This document shows, one piece after another, positions 50,326 to 61,420 of a stretch of 64,000 nt of DNA. The stretch covers positions 41,168,001 to 41,232,000 of the forward strand of contig NC_086384.1 of the NCBI RefSeq assembly GCF_036588685.1, in the 5' to 3' direction. The position numbers and the translations under genes are program-made. This DNA comes from Mytilus trossulus (Eukaryota). The notes under the pieces are model-generated. The model had not been told where the DNA came from, did no database searches, and saw only the letters and a program-made list of their open reading frames with translations. How positions within the stretch are numbered: position 1 is the stretch's first letter; each line of letters begins with the position of its first letter.

Positions 50326-52608
50326 CTTTTATATAATGGTTTATCAATATATAGACATCAATTGCTATTTCACCAATTACCGATATTAAATCTTATTAAC
50401 AAGACCGGTTTATAACATTAATTAATTCAATTTAAGATTCATAAGAAGACGATGATATAATGATCATACACTCTGGAAGGAAACAGTCGTGATGATGGAT
50501 TTGTTTAACGACCTTGACTGGCTATACAGCGTCGCATGGTCGCGGCTGGTGTCCGGGGACGATTGGTGAGCATTTTGATATTTGCAGTTGGTCAGAAACA
50601 GGGGGAAGGTGCCATTTTGGTTTATGTGAGTTGTTATGGTTTGTGTTTTCCTATGTTGCTTTTTCCCTTGCTGTCTGTACTCGGCTGCTTTCAGGGCAAG
50701 GTTTGTCAGTCTGGTAGCCTCCTATCCGCGATAATGAAGTACTCGGGTCGATGAGTCTATGGCATAGTATCAACGCTGACAGAAAGCAAGCATAACCAAA
50801 GTGACCATATGACGGTCTATTATCTTATACCTAGGATTGAGACCCTCTGACGTTAGTCGGCATAACACTCCCCCATGCATACATAATGGGATTTGGAGTG
50901 TATGCTGGTGCGGCTATTTACATAATATTTTGTCCTGCTTTTTTTTCAGTTGTAGCTTCTGTCCTGCCTTTTTATTTTTCTGTCTATTCGGTGCTGCATG
51001 TTCATGAATAATTTATCCTGGCCTTTTTTTGTTATTGTCAACCTATCTTTATCTGCAAAGTCCTGTCCGGTTTTTCCCCCAATTCCATCCTCGCCCTAAC
51101 GTCTGACACATTATTTGTATGATTTGTATCGACTACAGCATAAGAGTAAGCACATTGATTGCTATAAAAAGTTTTGGGCTGTCGTCCAAATTTTAATCTA
51201 CAACATCAAATAATAAATACACTCATCAATGATACCTGCAGGTTTACAATTCTGTACTCCAAATGCCCGTTTCGTCTACAAAAGACTCACAATTAAGGGA
51301 TGCTCAAATCCAAAAAAAGTCAAAAAGCCCAAATAAAGTACGAAGTTGAAGAGCATTGAGGATCCAAAATTCTGTAAGGTTTTCACAAATACAACTTAGG
51401 AATTATATTTTTATCGTAGAATAGCTTTGGAATTTAAGTGTTGTAAACAGTAGATTTATAACTATGACCATGTATCAATGACAATGTATGTCTTTACATA
51501 CTCACGAACTACTGAGCTATATAAATAAGTCAAGACTACAATTAAGGGAAACATCTTTGTATGACGTGGAGTTGTTCATTTCTGTTTGTATATTACTGTT
51601 CCGCAATGGACAAAATAATCAACATGCATAAATGCAGAAACATCTAGATCCAATCGGGGCCAGAAACAAAACAATATCGAAAATAATCATTTACCTTGAA
51701 CTTATCAATCATTATAAACTGCATCGCAATAACATTTCGAAGATAAAACTAATAAAGAAAAACCCAGAAGTTTACTTTCTAGTCCATCTAGTCCAAAGCA
51801 TCATGTCAGACATTGACTTTATTTAAAACCAACAAGTAGTGTCTCCTCCATGATAGTCTTGAACATTAAAACTAAATACTAAATAAATAATATTGCTAAT
51901 GTTTAGTGTTGGTGTTGAGCTTTATTTTATATTTTTAGTTTTTAATGCATTTTTATTTTTATGTATATTATTATTTTTAACTTTCCTGTAACCTTTGTAT
52001 TTGCATGGTTTTATGAGAATAAACAAACTATCTATCTATCTATGAATTTTCCAATTTTTGTTCTTTTTTGTATTTATTCAATTATTGGACTATTTGCTCT
52101 CATGTTATTTGCACCTTCTGTTAATGGTGCGTTGTTCTTTATTGTCATATTTCGGTTAATAGATGAACTTTCGGCATTCGCATCGCAATCACTAAAGCGC
52201 TTGTATCGAATACAAGAAATTATTTTTTATTAGCAGCGGTATGATTGTGGTTTCCACTGTTTTTTGCTTTAATTTAACACAATTATAGGTAATCAATAGG
52301 TATACTTCTACCTGTAGCAGGTAATCAATAGGTATACTTCTACCTGTAGCATATATTTTACTGTCATGCAGCATGCGTATCGATCAAAGATACAGTTCTG
52401 ACAAGTACATGCCAGGGATGTCATTGTGTATACAGCTTAATTTGGGCTTTGTTTTGTTTACTATTTTACACAAACAAAAGTTTACGAACTAACAGATAAA
52501 TTTGTAAGAAAAAATAGATATTTACTGATAAGGAGGAAAAATATCAGTGATTTTGCTAGTCCTATAAAAAAAATAAAAAAATAATAGATATGACTAGTCC
52601 AAATACAA

Positions 52609-53073
52609 TGGGCCAATCCAGTTAATTTCTGACAGGTGGGGATGGATGGGGAGATTTTTTTTCATACCTATCAGAAAAAAACATCATGAAAAAGTACCTA
52701 TCAGATCTATAAATTAAGACCTATCAGATGTAGAGTTTCTGTTCATATTTGGTGGTTGGGCTTTCATTGGAAAAATTGACCTATCAGAATTTTTTACTGC
52801 AAGGATTGTACCCATCAGAATTTTAAGTACAATACCAGATAATGCATGAGACGAAACTGTCTACATTCCAAAGCACACCTAAGATCTGAAATAGGTATTT
52901 TTTGTAACCCCTCAGATGTAATTATTTTTAATTATTTACTGCTACAAGACCCTCAGAAATTTTTGCGTATTAGTGTACGTGTCAGATGAAAAAACCCAAA
53001 ATTTCACCCCTAAGATGTATAAATTTTACACCCCCATCCATCCCCCTTTAGCAGATATTAACTGGAATGGCCC
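52609..53073. mobile_element. MITE with TIRs, an AAT 3-bp TSD (PIF/Harbinger-like) and internal CCTATCAGA repeats
   Basis: GGGCCAATCCAGTTAAT / ATTAACTGGAATGGCCC; AAT on both sides. Confidence 0.75.
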
Positions 53074-53074
53074 A

Positions 53075-53234
53075 ATACACCTTATCGCTATTCCCGGCTG
53101 ACCCTGCCGCTTGAACTTTTGGCGCATACAACAATCACTTTTTCATTGTGGCGTCAGCTATTTTGTTTTATGACGTCATAATTTTACGGGAACCTGTGTG
53201 ATATCCAGTAATGGCGGACAAATAGCGATAAGGT
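53075..53234. mobile_element. Small MITE whose right TIR is split by the BEL insertion (remainder at 59149-59152)
   Basis: Left TIR ATACACCTTATCGCTATT; the reconstructed right end AATAGCGATAAGGT+GTAT is its exact reverse complement. Confidence 0.8.
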
Positions 53235-53384
53235 TGTTGAATAATCTAAGTAAATCATGCGTTGTGTTTTCTATACGTTTAATCGTTGTGATAGCTAGAG
53301 CATATAATATAACGTCACACAGTATAGCGTTATGGTAACAACGTTACCATAACGTAATGTTAGTACTTCGCGTATTTTCCGACA
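53235..53384 (-). repeat. 3' LTR of the BEL element
   Basis: Identical by eye to 58994-59143. Confidence 0.95.
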
Positions 53385-53528
53385 TTCTGGGGGCCGACAA
53401 AAGTGAAAATTTTATATGAAAATATTAAAAAATGTAAATTCACAATATAGATAAATAAATATTTAAAATTAATGTCCATCTCAAATAAAATAATTTACTT
53501 CCTTAACCTTAAATAAACACAATTAAAG

Positions 53529-56500
53529 TTATTTCTTGGTCCATTCGTGGATGTTTCTCCTGGCACACACGGCGGCTTCACGAAACGGTAATCGTCTTTG
53601 TATGTTACTAGTTCCCGGTTGTTGAGTTTCACGTGTTTCCTTTGGGTGGATATTGTCACATATCTCTAAGGGATATAATTTGACGATCGGTCGTGAAAAG
53701 CGTCCGGATTTTGTTCTCACTTCGGCTGCTCTTGTAAGTCCATCATTTCCAGTTATTAAAGAATCAACGACTCCAATTGTCCATTTGTTTCTTGGATACT
53801 TGTCTTCGTGGATTTGAACAACATCTCCCACTTTAATTGTCTGGTCGTTATCTCCTGTTCGGGTGTGGTATTCACGTAGCGACGTAAGATATTCTGATTT
53901 CCATCGTGACCAAAATTGGTCAATTACGAAAGTTTGTAGTTCAGCACGTTTAGAAATGTCGCTTCTGTCTGTGAAACTTGTATTTTCGTCGATGTCTTGT
54001 CGTGGATACGGTGTAGTTGTAATCCTTCTCCCATAAAGCAGGTGCGATGGTGTCAAAGGTTCCTGATCCTCGATGTCGGTGGATACATACGTTAAAGGCC
54101 GATCGTTCAACACGGCTTCAATTTCGGTGACTATTGTTTGTAAATCCTCCAATGTAATGTACGATCTTCCAAGAACTTTTCGTAAGCACATTTTTGTTAG
54201 TCCTATCAAGCGCTCCCACCAACCACCATACCAGGGAGCTCGTTTTATTATGAATTTCCAAGTCGTTCCACATACGGATAACGCATCATTTAAGGTTTCA
54301 GATTTGGTTAGTCTCTCTAAAGTCTCGGATGCGGCCATGTATGTTGACGCATTGTCAGATATCATCACTCTCGGCAAAGACTTGCGGCTCGTAAATCTTC
54401 TGAACGCTTGTAAAAAAGATCTTTCTTTAAGATCTGTGACGACCTCTAAATGCACTGCGCGCGTTGACGCACATGTAAATAAGCATATGAATACTTTGCT
54501 CCCTTGTCCGTTATTGTCTTTAACATATAACGCTCCAGTAAAATCAACACCTGTGACGGTAAACGGTGGTGCTTCCATTAATCTTGTCTTTGGTAGAGGT
54601 GGAGGATCTGGCGCACTGTACGGTTTTCCGGTTACTTTACGACAAGTGACGCATTTACGAAGAACTTTTTTCACTTGTTGACGTATTTTAGGTATCCAAT
54701 AATTTTGGCGAATCTCGGTGACTGTGGCTAATACTCCTGAATGTTTTAAATTCTTATGAACTTCCGATATAAGCAATTCAGTGAAATGATAATTATTTGG
54801 TAATAAACACGGAAATCTTGAATTTTCACTAATTGGAGCATTATGAATTCTCCCGCGGCAACGAATAATTTCTTTCTCGTCTATATATAGTCGTAATTGT
54901 CGAATTAAAGTATTGGGTGTGTTCGATTGCGACTTCAAAGTCCTGATTTCTTTATCAAATGAAATCCTCTGAGCACTTATTATCCATTTTTCTGTTGCAG
55001 CTTGTAGTTCCTCGCATGTGATGAATTTGCTCTGTATTCTCTGTGAGCGTGATTTGCGGCAATTCGCTATGAATCGGTAAATCCACGAACTAACACGTAG
55101 TATCTTTGTTAATGTACTGTATCTCATAACATCCAGTATGCAATGAATGCCATGTGTATTATTCCCTTCAATTGTATTTGTAACGTTCTCCTCTTGATCT
55201 ATATTCGTTAAAAGAATGCATGTGTTAGGTGTCCACTGCGGCCAAGATTTTGAACAATTGATCCATTCCGGTCCATTAAACCACAGTTTAGCATCTGCTA
55301 GTTGTGAAGCGCTGATTCCTCTTGTCAATAGGTCTGCAGGGTTGTCATTCGTTGGACAATATTTCCACTCTGAATCCTGTGTTAAAGATTTAATTTCTGT
55401 AATTCTGTTGTGAAGGAATTTTTTCAAATGTTTAGTCGTTGTTAACCAGTGTAAAACTATTTGACTGTCCGACCAATACGTGACTTTGTTTATTGATAAA
55501 GCTGATTTTACGTGTGTTGCAATTCTAGCTCCTATCACAGCGGCCATTAGTTCTAATTGTGGTAATGTCAACGTCTTTATAGGTGCAACACGGCTCTTAG
55601 CAAATACTAATGTTGACTGCTGTCCATTTGTAATATAAACAGCTGATCCGTAGGCTTTCTGGCTGGCATCAACGAAAACATGTAACTGTTTTGGTTCATC
55701 TGTACTCTTAGTTAAAATCTGTCTCGGTAACTCTGTGTTTGTTGAAAATTCTAAGTCTCTAGCTAATTCCATCCACTGTTGTTGTACGTTTAACGGTAGT
55801 GGTTCATCCCACTCAAGTTTGTCTTTCCAGAGGTCTTGCATTAAGATTTTGGCCCTAACGGACACTGGCGAAAGTAATCCCATAGGATCGTAGATTCGAG
55901 ATGATTGACTCAGTATTTCACGTTTTGTTATGTTTGGTTCCTTAATATCTGTTACATTAACTTTATGAAAAGAAATTGTATCTTTTTCAGTGTTCCATAT
56001 CATTCCTAGTATTTTTACCGTTATGTTCTTTTCGGCTAAATTTTCGTTTTTTGCAATTTCAGTTAAATCACTGCAGTTTGAGCTCCAAGATCGCAAATTG
56101 AATCCTCCCTTTGACATGACATTTCTCGCATCCTTGAAATATGCAATGGCTTCGTCATAAGTCTCAACGCTTGACAGAATATTGTCTACATATAAGTCCC
56201 TTTTCATCGTTTGTGTTATACTATTTTCATTTTCGTCCAAGTGCTTAAGTAGAGTGGCATTTAAAATAAATGGTGAGCATGTTGCGCCAAACAATATCGA
56301 TTTAAACCTGTAAGTTGTAAGATTGCTACGTGGGTCGTCGGGGTCAGCTAGCCAAAAGAAACGTGTAGCGTCACGATCCTTCTTGTCAAGTCCTATCTGT
56401 AAAAATGCCTTTTCAATATCTGTACTGATACCATATTTTCCGATTCTGAATCGCATTAATATTTTCGTCAAGTCATTTAGATTTGGTGGTGTTGACATTA

Positions 56501-58964
56501 AGCAATCATTTAAGCTGGCTAAATCTTGCTGTGGTTTACAACTACAGTCGTACACTATACGAATAGGGGTAGTCTCGGAATCTTTTTTAACAGGATGGTG
56601 AGGAATGTAGTGAATCATATGATTGTTGTTATCATCTTCCATATCTGGAACCCTCTCTATAAATCCTCTCTTTTCTTGTTCATTGATTATTTCACTGTAT
56701 TTTTGTAGCAAGTGCGGTTCCCGGTTTAGACGTCTAATTATATTATCGGTCCTACCTTTAGCAATGGCCATATTTGAAGGCAAATCTGGGTGGTCAACTT
56801 TCCAAGGCAACTTTGCTGTGTATTTTCCATTCTCGTAATCAATAGCTGTGTTCTGGTATGTCTGTAAATAGTTGGTGTTCTCCTTGTTTTCACATGTATT
56901 GATTCCTATTGACTCAAGTGTCCAAAACTTTTCAATCTCTGTCTCCTCCAATTGATGGGATGAAATGACGTTTAAAAGAACTGTAGATCTTGAATGCTGG
57001 CTGATATTTCCAATAGTTGGTCCTGATAACAGATATCCTATCTTTGACTGTACAGCGGTGGGTCCTTTTCCTCTTATGATTTTGTCCTCAATAATTTCCC
57101 AGTAATAATCCGCGCCTATTAGTAGGTCGATCTCAAAACGCTCTCCACTGTGTACAGAATGTGCAAGTTTAAGTCCTCTCAAATGTGGCAAGCTCTTTGT
57201 AGTATGTGAAATACTGTTATGAATCGGGACGGCAATTTCCGGCACAATGAGTGTGTTTATACGCACATTTTCTCCCGTGTCGGTCTGTAATTGTATTGTT
57301 GCAGTTTCCAAGTTACGAACTTTCTGAGATAAATCTCCGAACGCAGACAGTTGAATGCTGACTTTCCCCGTTGTTTTAATTTCAAGTTTATCGGCTAATT
57401 TCTGAGTGATGAAGGAACGTTGCGCTCCTTCGTCAAATAAGATGTTACATTCTGTTTTTACGTCGTTATATATAACTGGTGCAGTTGCTGTTTTTAGGAG
57501 AATGTCGGGACTTACTTGTGATGCATGCAATACACTAGTTGTGTCTGATGTTTCAACCACGTTGATAGCTGTCTGCTGTATTTTCGGCTCCTGCTTCGTA
57601 TCTGTAATGACCTCTTTCCCTTTACATATGCTTGTATGATGCATTCCATTACAATTTTTACACCGTTTTGTAGACTTACATGCGGCCACCCGGTGTGACC
57701 CTAAACAGTTAAAACATAGTTGTTTCTGTTTTACTATTTGATTTCTAGCGTTTGCGTCTGTTACTTCAGAGCACTCCGTTGGATAGTGCTGACCTGAACA
57801 AAAAATACATGTATGCGTATTTACCTTCTTCCGTGTGTCAGTTAATTTACCTTTATTGTGTGATCTTGGTTGTGTACCTGTGAAAAATGCTGTGGTGTGC
57901 AATCTGTCCGGTTCCATGACTCCCTGTCCTGCCTCAAGTATTTCAATCTCTTTAGTTATTGATTTTCGTAGATTTTGCAACATCAAATTATCTCTCCCGT
58001 GTTCTCTTGCAATAGATTTTCTTACGTCAATCGGTAACTTGTCCAAAACTACAGGTACCAAAAGCGAACCATACATCTCTGATGTTTGACCAAGTGACTC
58101 TAATCCTCGTACGTATGATTCTAATCTGTCTCCGTAAGACCTTAAACTAAAAGCATCATTTGTCGGTGCGGGTAAATTCATGAGTGCTTTCATGTAAGCA
58201 TGTATCAGTTTGCTAGGTTGTCCGAACCGATCTCTGAGAAGGTTGACTGCGGTTTCGTAGTTACCATTTGTCAAAGCGAATCCCTCTACTGTTTGCGCGG
58301 CGCTTCCCTCTAGCTGGGCTTTCAGATAATTAAACTTTTGGATTGAAGTTAATGTGTCGTTGAAGTGTATGGATGACTCGAAACAATCCCAAAATGTCTG
58401 CCACTTGAGAATATCTCCATTAAAATAGGGTAAGTCTAACTTTGGAAGCCTATGGTAATTAGATTTTGAAGATCTCGGTTCTGACGGGACTTGAAACATG
58501 ACATTCTCTGACGGACGGGTATGAACTGCAGGGGCGTGCATTGAATACTGTTGGTTGATAGAATCTATTGCACATGTGTTCATATCAACTCTAGCTTCGG
58601 GTGTGAAATTATATGCGTCTGGGTTAAGTCTGCTCGTTGAAGGACCAACAATATCATGCGAAATTATAGTACTTGTTTCAAAGGACTTAATAAATTTCCG
58701 AATTTGTCTAATTTTACAATCAAGTTCGTACATATACTCATCTGAGTCGGTGATTTCCTGCTCCAGATTTTCCTCCGATGTCTGTTCCAAAAGTCTGTTA
58801 TTCAGGTCAATTAATGTTTTCTGTTTCTGCGTGACGGCATCATCAAGGGCTTTCACTTCGTCAACTTCTGTGTCTGTTTTTGACTTTAACTCGTCGAATT
58901 TCACCAGTAGCTTCGTGACGGCTCCTTTGTGTCCAGCACGAACTGACTTCAGCTTTGAATCCAT
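53529..58964 (-). CDS. BEL/Pao gag-pol polyprotein, 1811 aa (gag with three Cys/His knuckles, aspartic protease, RT, RNase H, integrase)
   Basis: LPKLDLPYFNGDILKWQTFW (BEL gag); CIFCSGQHYPTEC, CFNCLGSHRVAAC, CKNCNGMHHTSIC; LFDEGAQRSFI protease; YVDN RT; FVDASQKAYG RNase H; HHCC plus DFTG/SDNA/WE integrase. Confidence 0.97.
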   Translation of the reverse strand: MDSKLKSVRAGHKGAVTKLLVKFDELKSKTDTEVDEVKALDDAVTQKQKTLIDLNNRLLEQTSEENLEQEITDSDEYMYELDCKIRQIRKFIKSFETSTIISHDIVGPSTSRLNPDAYNFTPEARVDMNTCAIDSINQQYSMHAPAVHTRPSENVMFQVPSEPRSSKSNYHRLPKLDLPYFNGDILKWQTFWDCFESSIHFNDTLTSIQKFNYLKAQLEGSAAQTVEGFALTNGNYETAVNLLRDRFGQPSKLIHAYMKALMNLPAPTNDAFSLRSYGDRLESYVRGLESLGQTSEMYGSLLVPVVLDKLPIDVRKSIAREHGRDNLMLQNLRKSITKEIEILEAGQGVMEPDRLHTTAFFTGTQPRSHNKGKLTDTRKKVNTHTCIFCSGQHYPTECSEVTDANARNQIVKQKQLCFNCLGSHRVAACKSTKRCKNCNGMHHTSICKGKEVITDTKQEPKIQQTAINVVETSDTTSVLHASQVSPDILLKTATAPVIYNDVKTECNILFDEGAQRSFITQKLADKLEIKTTGKVSIQLSAFGDLSQKVRNLETATIQLQTDTGENVRINTLIVPEIAVPIHNSISHTTKSLPHLRGLKLAHSVHSGERFEIDLLIGADYYWEIIEDKIIRGKGPTAVQSKIGYLLSGPTIGNISQHSRSTVLLNVISSHQLEETEIEKFWTLESIGINTCENKENTNYLQTYQNTAIDYENGKYTAKLPWKVDHPDLPSNMAIAKGRTDNIIRRLNREPHLLQKYSEIINEQEKRGFIERVPDMEDDNNNHMIHYIPHHPVKKDSETTPIRIVYDCSCKPQQDLASLNDCLMSTPPNLNDLTKILMRFRIGKYGISTDIEKAFLQIGLDKKDRDATRFFWLADPDDPRSNLTTYRFKSILFGATCSPFILNATLLKHLDENENSITQTMKRDLYVDNILSSVETYDEAIAYFKDARNVMSKGGFNLRSWSSNCSDLTEIAKNENLAEKNITVKILGMIWNTEKDTISFHKVNVTDIKEPNITKREILSQSSRIYDPMGLLSPVSVRAKILMQDLWKDKLEWDEPLPLNVQQQWMELARDLEFSTNTELPRQILTKSTDEPKQLHVFVDASQKAYGSAVYITNGQQSTLVFAKSRVAPIKTLTLPQLELMAAVIGARIATHVKSALSINKVTYWSDSQIVLHWLTTTKHLKKFLHNRITEIKSLTQDSEWKYCPTNDNPADLLTRGISASQLADAKLWFNGPEWINCSKSWPQWTPNTCILLTNIDQEENVTNTIEGNNTHGIHCILDVMRYSTLTKILRVSSWIYRFIANCRKSRSQRIQSKFITCEELQAATEKWIISAQRISFDKEIRTLKSQSNTPNTLIRQLRLYIDEKEIIRCRGRIHNAPISENSRFPCLLPNNYHFTELLISEVHKNLKHSGVLATVTEIRQNYWIPKIRQQVKKVLRKCVTCRKVTGKPYSAPDPPPLPKTRLMEAPPFTVTGVDFTGALYVKDNNGQGSKVFICLFTCASTRAVHLEVVTDLKERSFLQAFRRFTSRKSLPRVMISDNASTYMAASETLERLTKSETLNDALSVCGTTWKFIIKRAPWYGGWWERLIGLTKMCLRKVLGRSYITLEDLQTIVTEIEAVLNDRPLTYVSTDIEDQEPLTPSHLLYGRRITTTPYPRQDIDENTSFTDRSDISKRAELQTFVIDQFWSRWKSEYLTSLREYHTRTGDNDQTIKVGDVVQIHEDKYPRNKWTIGVVDSLITGNDGLTRAAEVRTKSGRFSRPIVKLYPLEICDNIHPKETRETQQPGTSNIQRRLPFREAAVCARRNIHEWTKK

Positions 58965-58975
58965 ATATATCCAAA

Positions 58976-58988
58976 GGTTACGGCACCA
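58976..58988 (-). promoter_or_regulatory. Primer-binding site, probably tRNA-His
   Basis: TGGTGCCGTAACC 5 nt after the 5' LTR; resembles the His PBS TGGTGCCGTGAC. Confidence 0.65.
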
Positions 58989-58993
58989 TTAAA

Positions 58994-59143
58994 TGTTGAA
59001 TAATCTAAGTAAATCATGCGTTGTGTTTTCTATACGTTTAATCGTTGTGATAGCTAGAGCATATAATATAACGTCACACAGTATAGCGTTATGGTAACAA
59101 CGTTACCATAACGTAATGTTAGTACTTCGCGTATTTTCCGACA
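58994..59143 (-). repeat. 5' LTR of the BEL element
   Basis: Identical by eye to 53235-53384; followed on the - strand by a PBS. Confidence 0.95.
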
Positions 59144-59808
59144 AAGGTGTATGTAATTATGACATCTGAAAGGCTAATATGAGGCAGGAGTTACCTGTGA
59201 ATGGGGATGAAGTCTGATTTTTTTTTTAAATCAACAATGTTAAAAAGAGAAACAGAAATACCTTAACGTTTCCAATGTTGGTTCTGTTGAGATTGTAGTT
59301 GTGATGTTATTTAAGTTATGACGTCATATGCAATGTATACAAAGAAACCCAGTCATCAAGTAACGTTTTTAGGCAGTTAAGCTGCCTTATGTGAGCACCC
59401 TGGTTTTGTGTGCTACATGTACCCAATAAGTGCTGAAATACGTGCCATTGTTATCATCTAGCTGCCTACTATATTATTTATAACTTATTGGACAGTTTTT
59501 TCATACTTTTCATTCTGGATTACAAAAAATATAACCAGAAAAACCTTAAATGATCGTCGATTTTCCCAAAAGTTTTGAAGTTGCACATAGGAAGTAGAGC
59601 ACATTAGGAATCCTTATGTAGCTTATTATTCCCTGAGCTTTTGGCTAAGCTGTCAAAGAACAAATGTATGAAATATTTAATCGCCGAAAATCTCTAAAGA
59701 CAAGTAGTTTAGATTTCCCAAATTGCAAAAGTCGTAGGAATATTGTTTGTCGTCAATATGTAGTCAACTACGTATATATACGTCAGTATAAGTTCAACTG
59801 ATCACGCG

Positions 59809-60162
59809 ATTGGCGGCAATTTTGAATTAGAAGACGAAATTTCTTTTCAATTTGGACGCAGGTGTTCAAATTAGCGGCGGTCCGATGTCTGCCACCTTCC
59901 ACCTTTGCAGTCGGACTTTCTACTTGCCCAAGTTACTAGCTACGCCCGATGGACCTTGAAAGAAAAAAATAACTTTGCAAACATTTTTAACAAAGTTTCC
60001 TAATAAACGATCTCAAACTTATTTTCATCGTAACTATTCATGTTCAATTTGTTCAACCGCTAGCTTTATCTAGAAAATCGCCGATAAATAATGTGTAAAT
60101 CCAAGCAAAATTGTATCTCACTATCTGTCAAAAACAACATTCAAAATAAAATGGCTGCCACG
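59809..60162. promoter_or_regulatory. Candidate promoter with CCAAT, CDE/CHR and YY1-like motifs
   Basis: ATTGG 59809-59813; TGGCGG-caat-TTTGAA 59811-59826; reverse-strand TTTGAA near 59865; AAAATGGCTG near 60148; locally CpG-richer. Confidence 0.3.
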
Positions 60163-60658
60163 AGAAGACAATACAATATCGGATCCGATTCTGGAAGCGG
60201 ATAAGGGTAATCCCGGGTTTTGGCTTTAAACTAAAAAAATCCAGACAGGTGACAAAATACATTTATGCATGGTAAATATATATAAACACTAGAATTGAAA
60301 ACCAAAAGAAAGAAAAATCAGAAAATATTTTGTACACCAATTTTAATGTCAAAATCCAATACAATGTGACAGTTGGGAACAGTTTATTTAACAATATATA
60401 TGTTCCTGGTAACAGTATAAATTTTCTTTATCAGGGATAAATGTTGGTAATGTATTTTAAATGCTTTTCAAGTTAAACATATTTCTGCAATTTTAAGGGG
60501 TATTTTTTTCTTCTCAATTTTGATAGGTCAGTCAAAATAGCTGGAAGTTTCTTATATAAAAAAAAGATGTGGTATGATTGCCAATGAGACAACTATTCAC
60601 AAGAGACCAAAATGACCAAAACTTGGTAACGATCAAGATCCCCAACCCTAAACATGCT

Positions 60659-61420
60659 TAACCATATATATATTCATGTATGGGACAATACAACAAATCA
60701 TATGAAATATAGGTGGAGGTCGTTGGAGAATTTATAACGGTCTAGATCCACAATCTTTAACAATATACGTGTATATTTATGAAATGGGAAAATAAAACAA
60801 ATCAAATGTAATCTATGGTCACTGTACACCCTCCTGTTTGAGAACTTGGAAAAATGCCAGATCACCACCCCTTGACCATATATACTCGTGTATAAATCAA
60901 ATGAAATATAGGGGAAGTCCCGGGTGGTCACCCTACCCCTCTTGTTTAAGAACTTTGAAACAGATGGGATCCCCAACTCTAAATTAAATGAAATATAGGG
61001 GGAGTCCCTGCAGTCACCCTACCCCTCCTGATTGAGAAATTGGAAACAGTCGAACTCCCACCTTTAAATTAAACCATATATATTCATGTATGAGCACTAA
61101 CCAAATGAAATATAGGGAGAGTCCTTAGGGTCACCCTACCCACTCCTGTTTGATAAATTAGAAACAGATGAGATCCCCACCCCTCAAACATATATATTTA
61201 TGTATTGGACAATATAACAAATCAAATGACATATAGGGGAAGTCCTGTTTGAAAACTTGATAACGGTCGAGATTCCCACCCATAAACCATATATATTTAT
61301 GTATGGGACAATATAAACAATCAAATGAAAATTAGGGGTAGTCCCTAGGGCCACCCCACAGTCTCTTGTGTGTGTTTTGACAACTTGTAAAAGATTGAGA
61401 TACCAACACCTAAACCATAT
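60659..61420. repeat. Degenerate tandem satellite, roughly 130-150-bp units, about six copies
   Basis: Recurring ACCATATATATTCATGTATG...CAAATGAAATATAGGGG..GTCC..GTCACCCTACCCCTC..GTTTG. Confidence 0.75.

Larger units (their letters stand above)
53235..59143 (-). mobile_element. Full-length BEL/Pao-family LTR retrotransposon with identical 150-bp LTRs and a 5-bp TSD (AAGGT)
   Basis: TG...CA LTRs at 53235-53384 and 58994-59143; AAGGT at 53230-53234 and 59144-59148; single gag-pol ORF. Confidence 0.97.

Noticed and set aside
52288-52350. ~30-bp direct repeat as a regulatory element
   Set aside because: A simple local duplication with no other support.
53385-53528. env gene in the BEL element
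   Set aside because: Only ~140 bp of AT-rich sequence lies between the pol stop and the 3' LTR.
54073-58992. Several + strand ORFs within the retrotransposon
   Set aside because: They are antisense shadows of the gag-pol ORF with no recognisable motifs.
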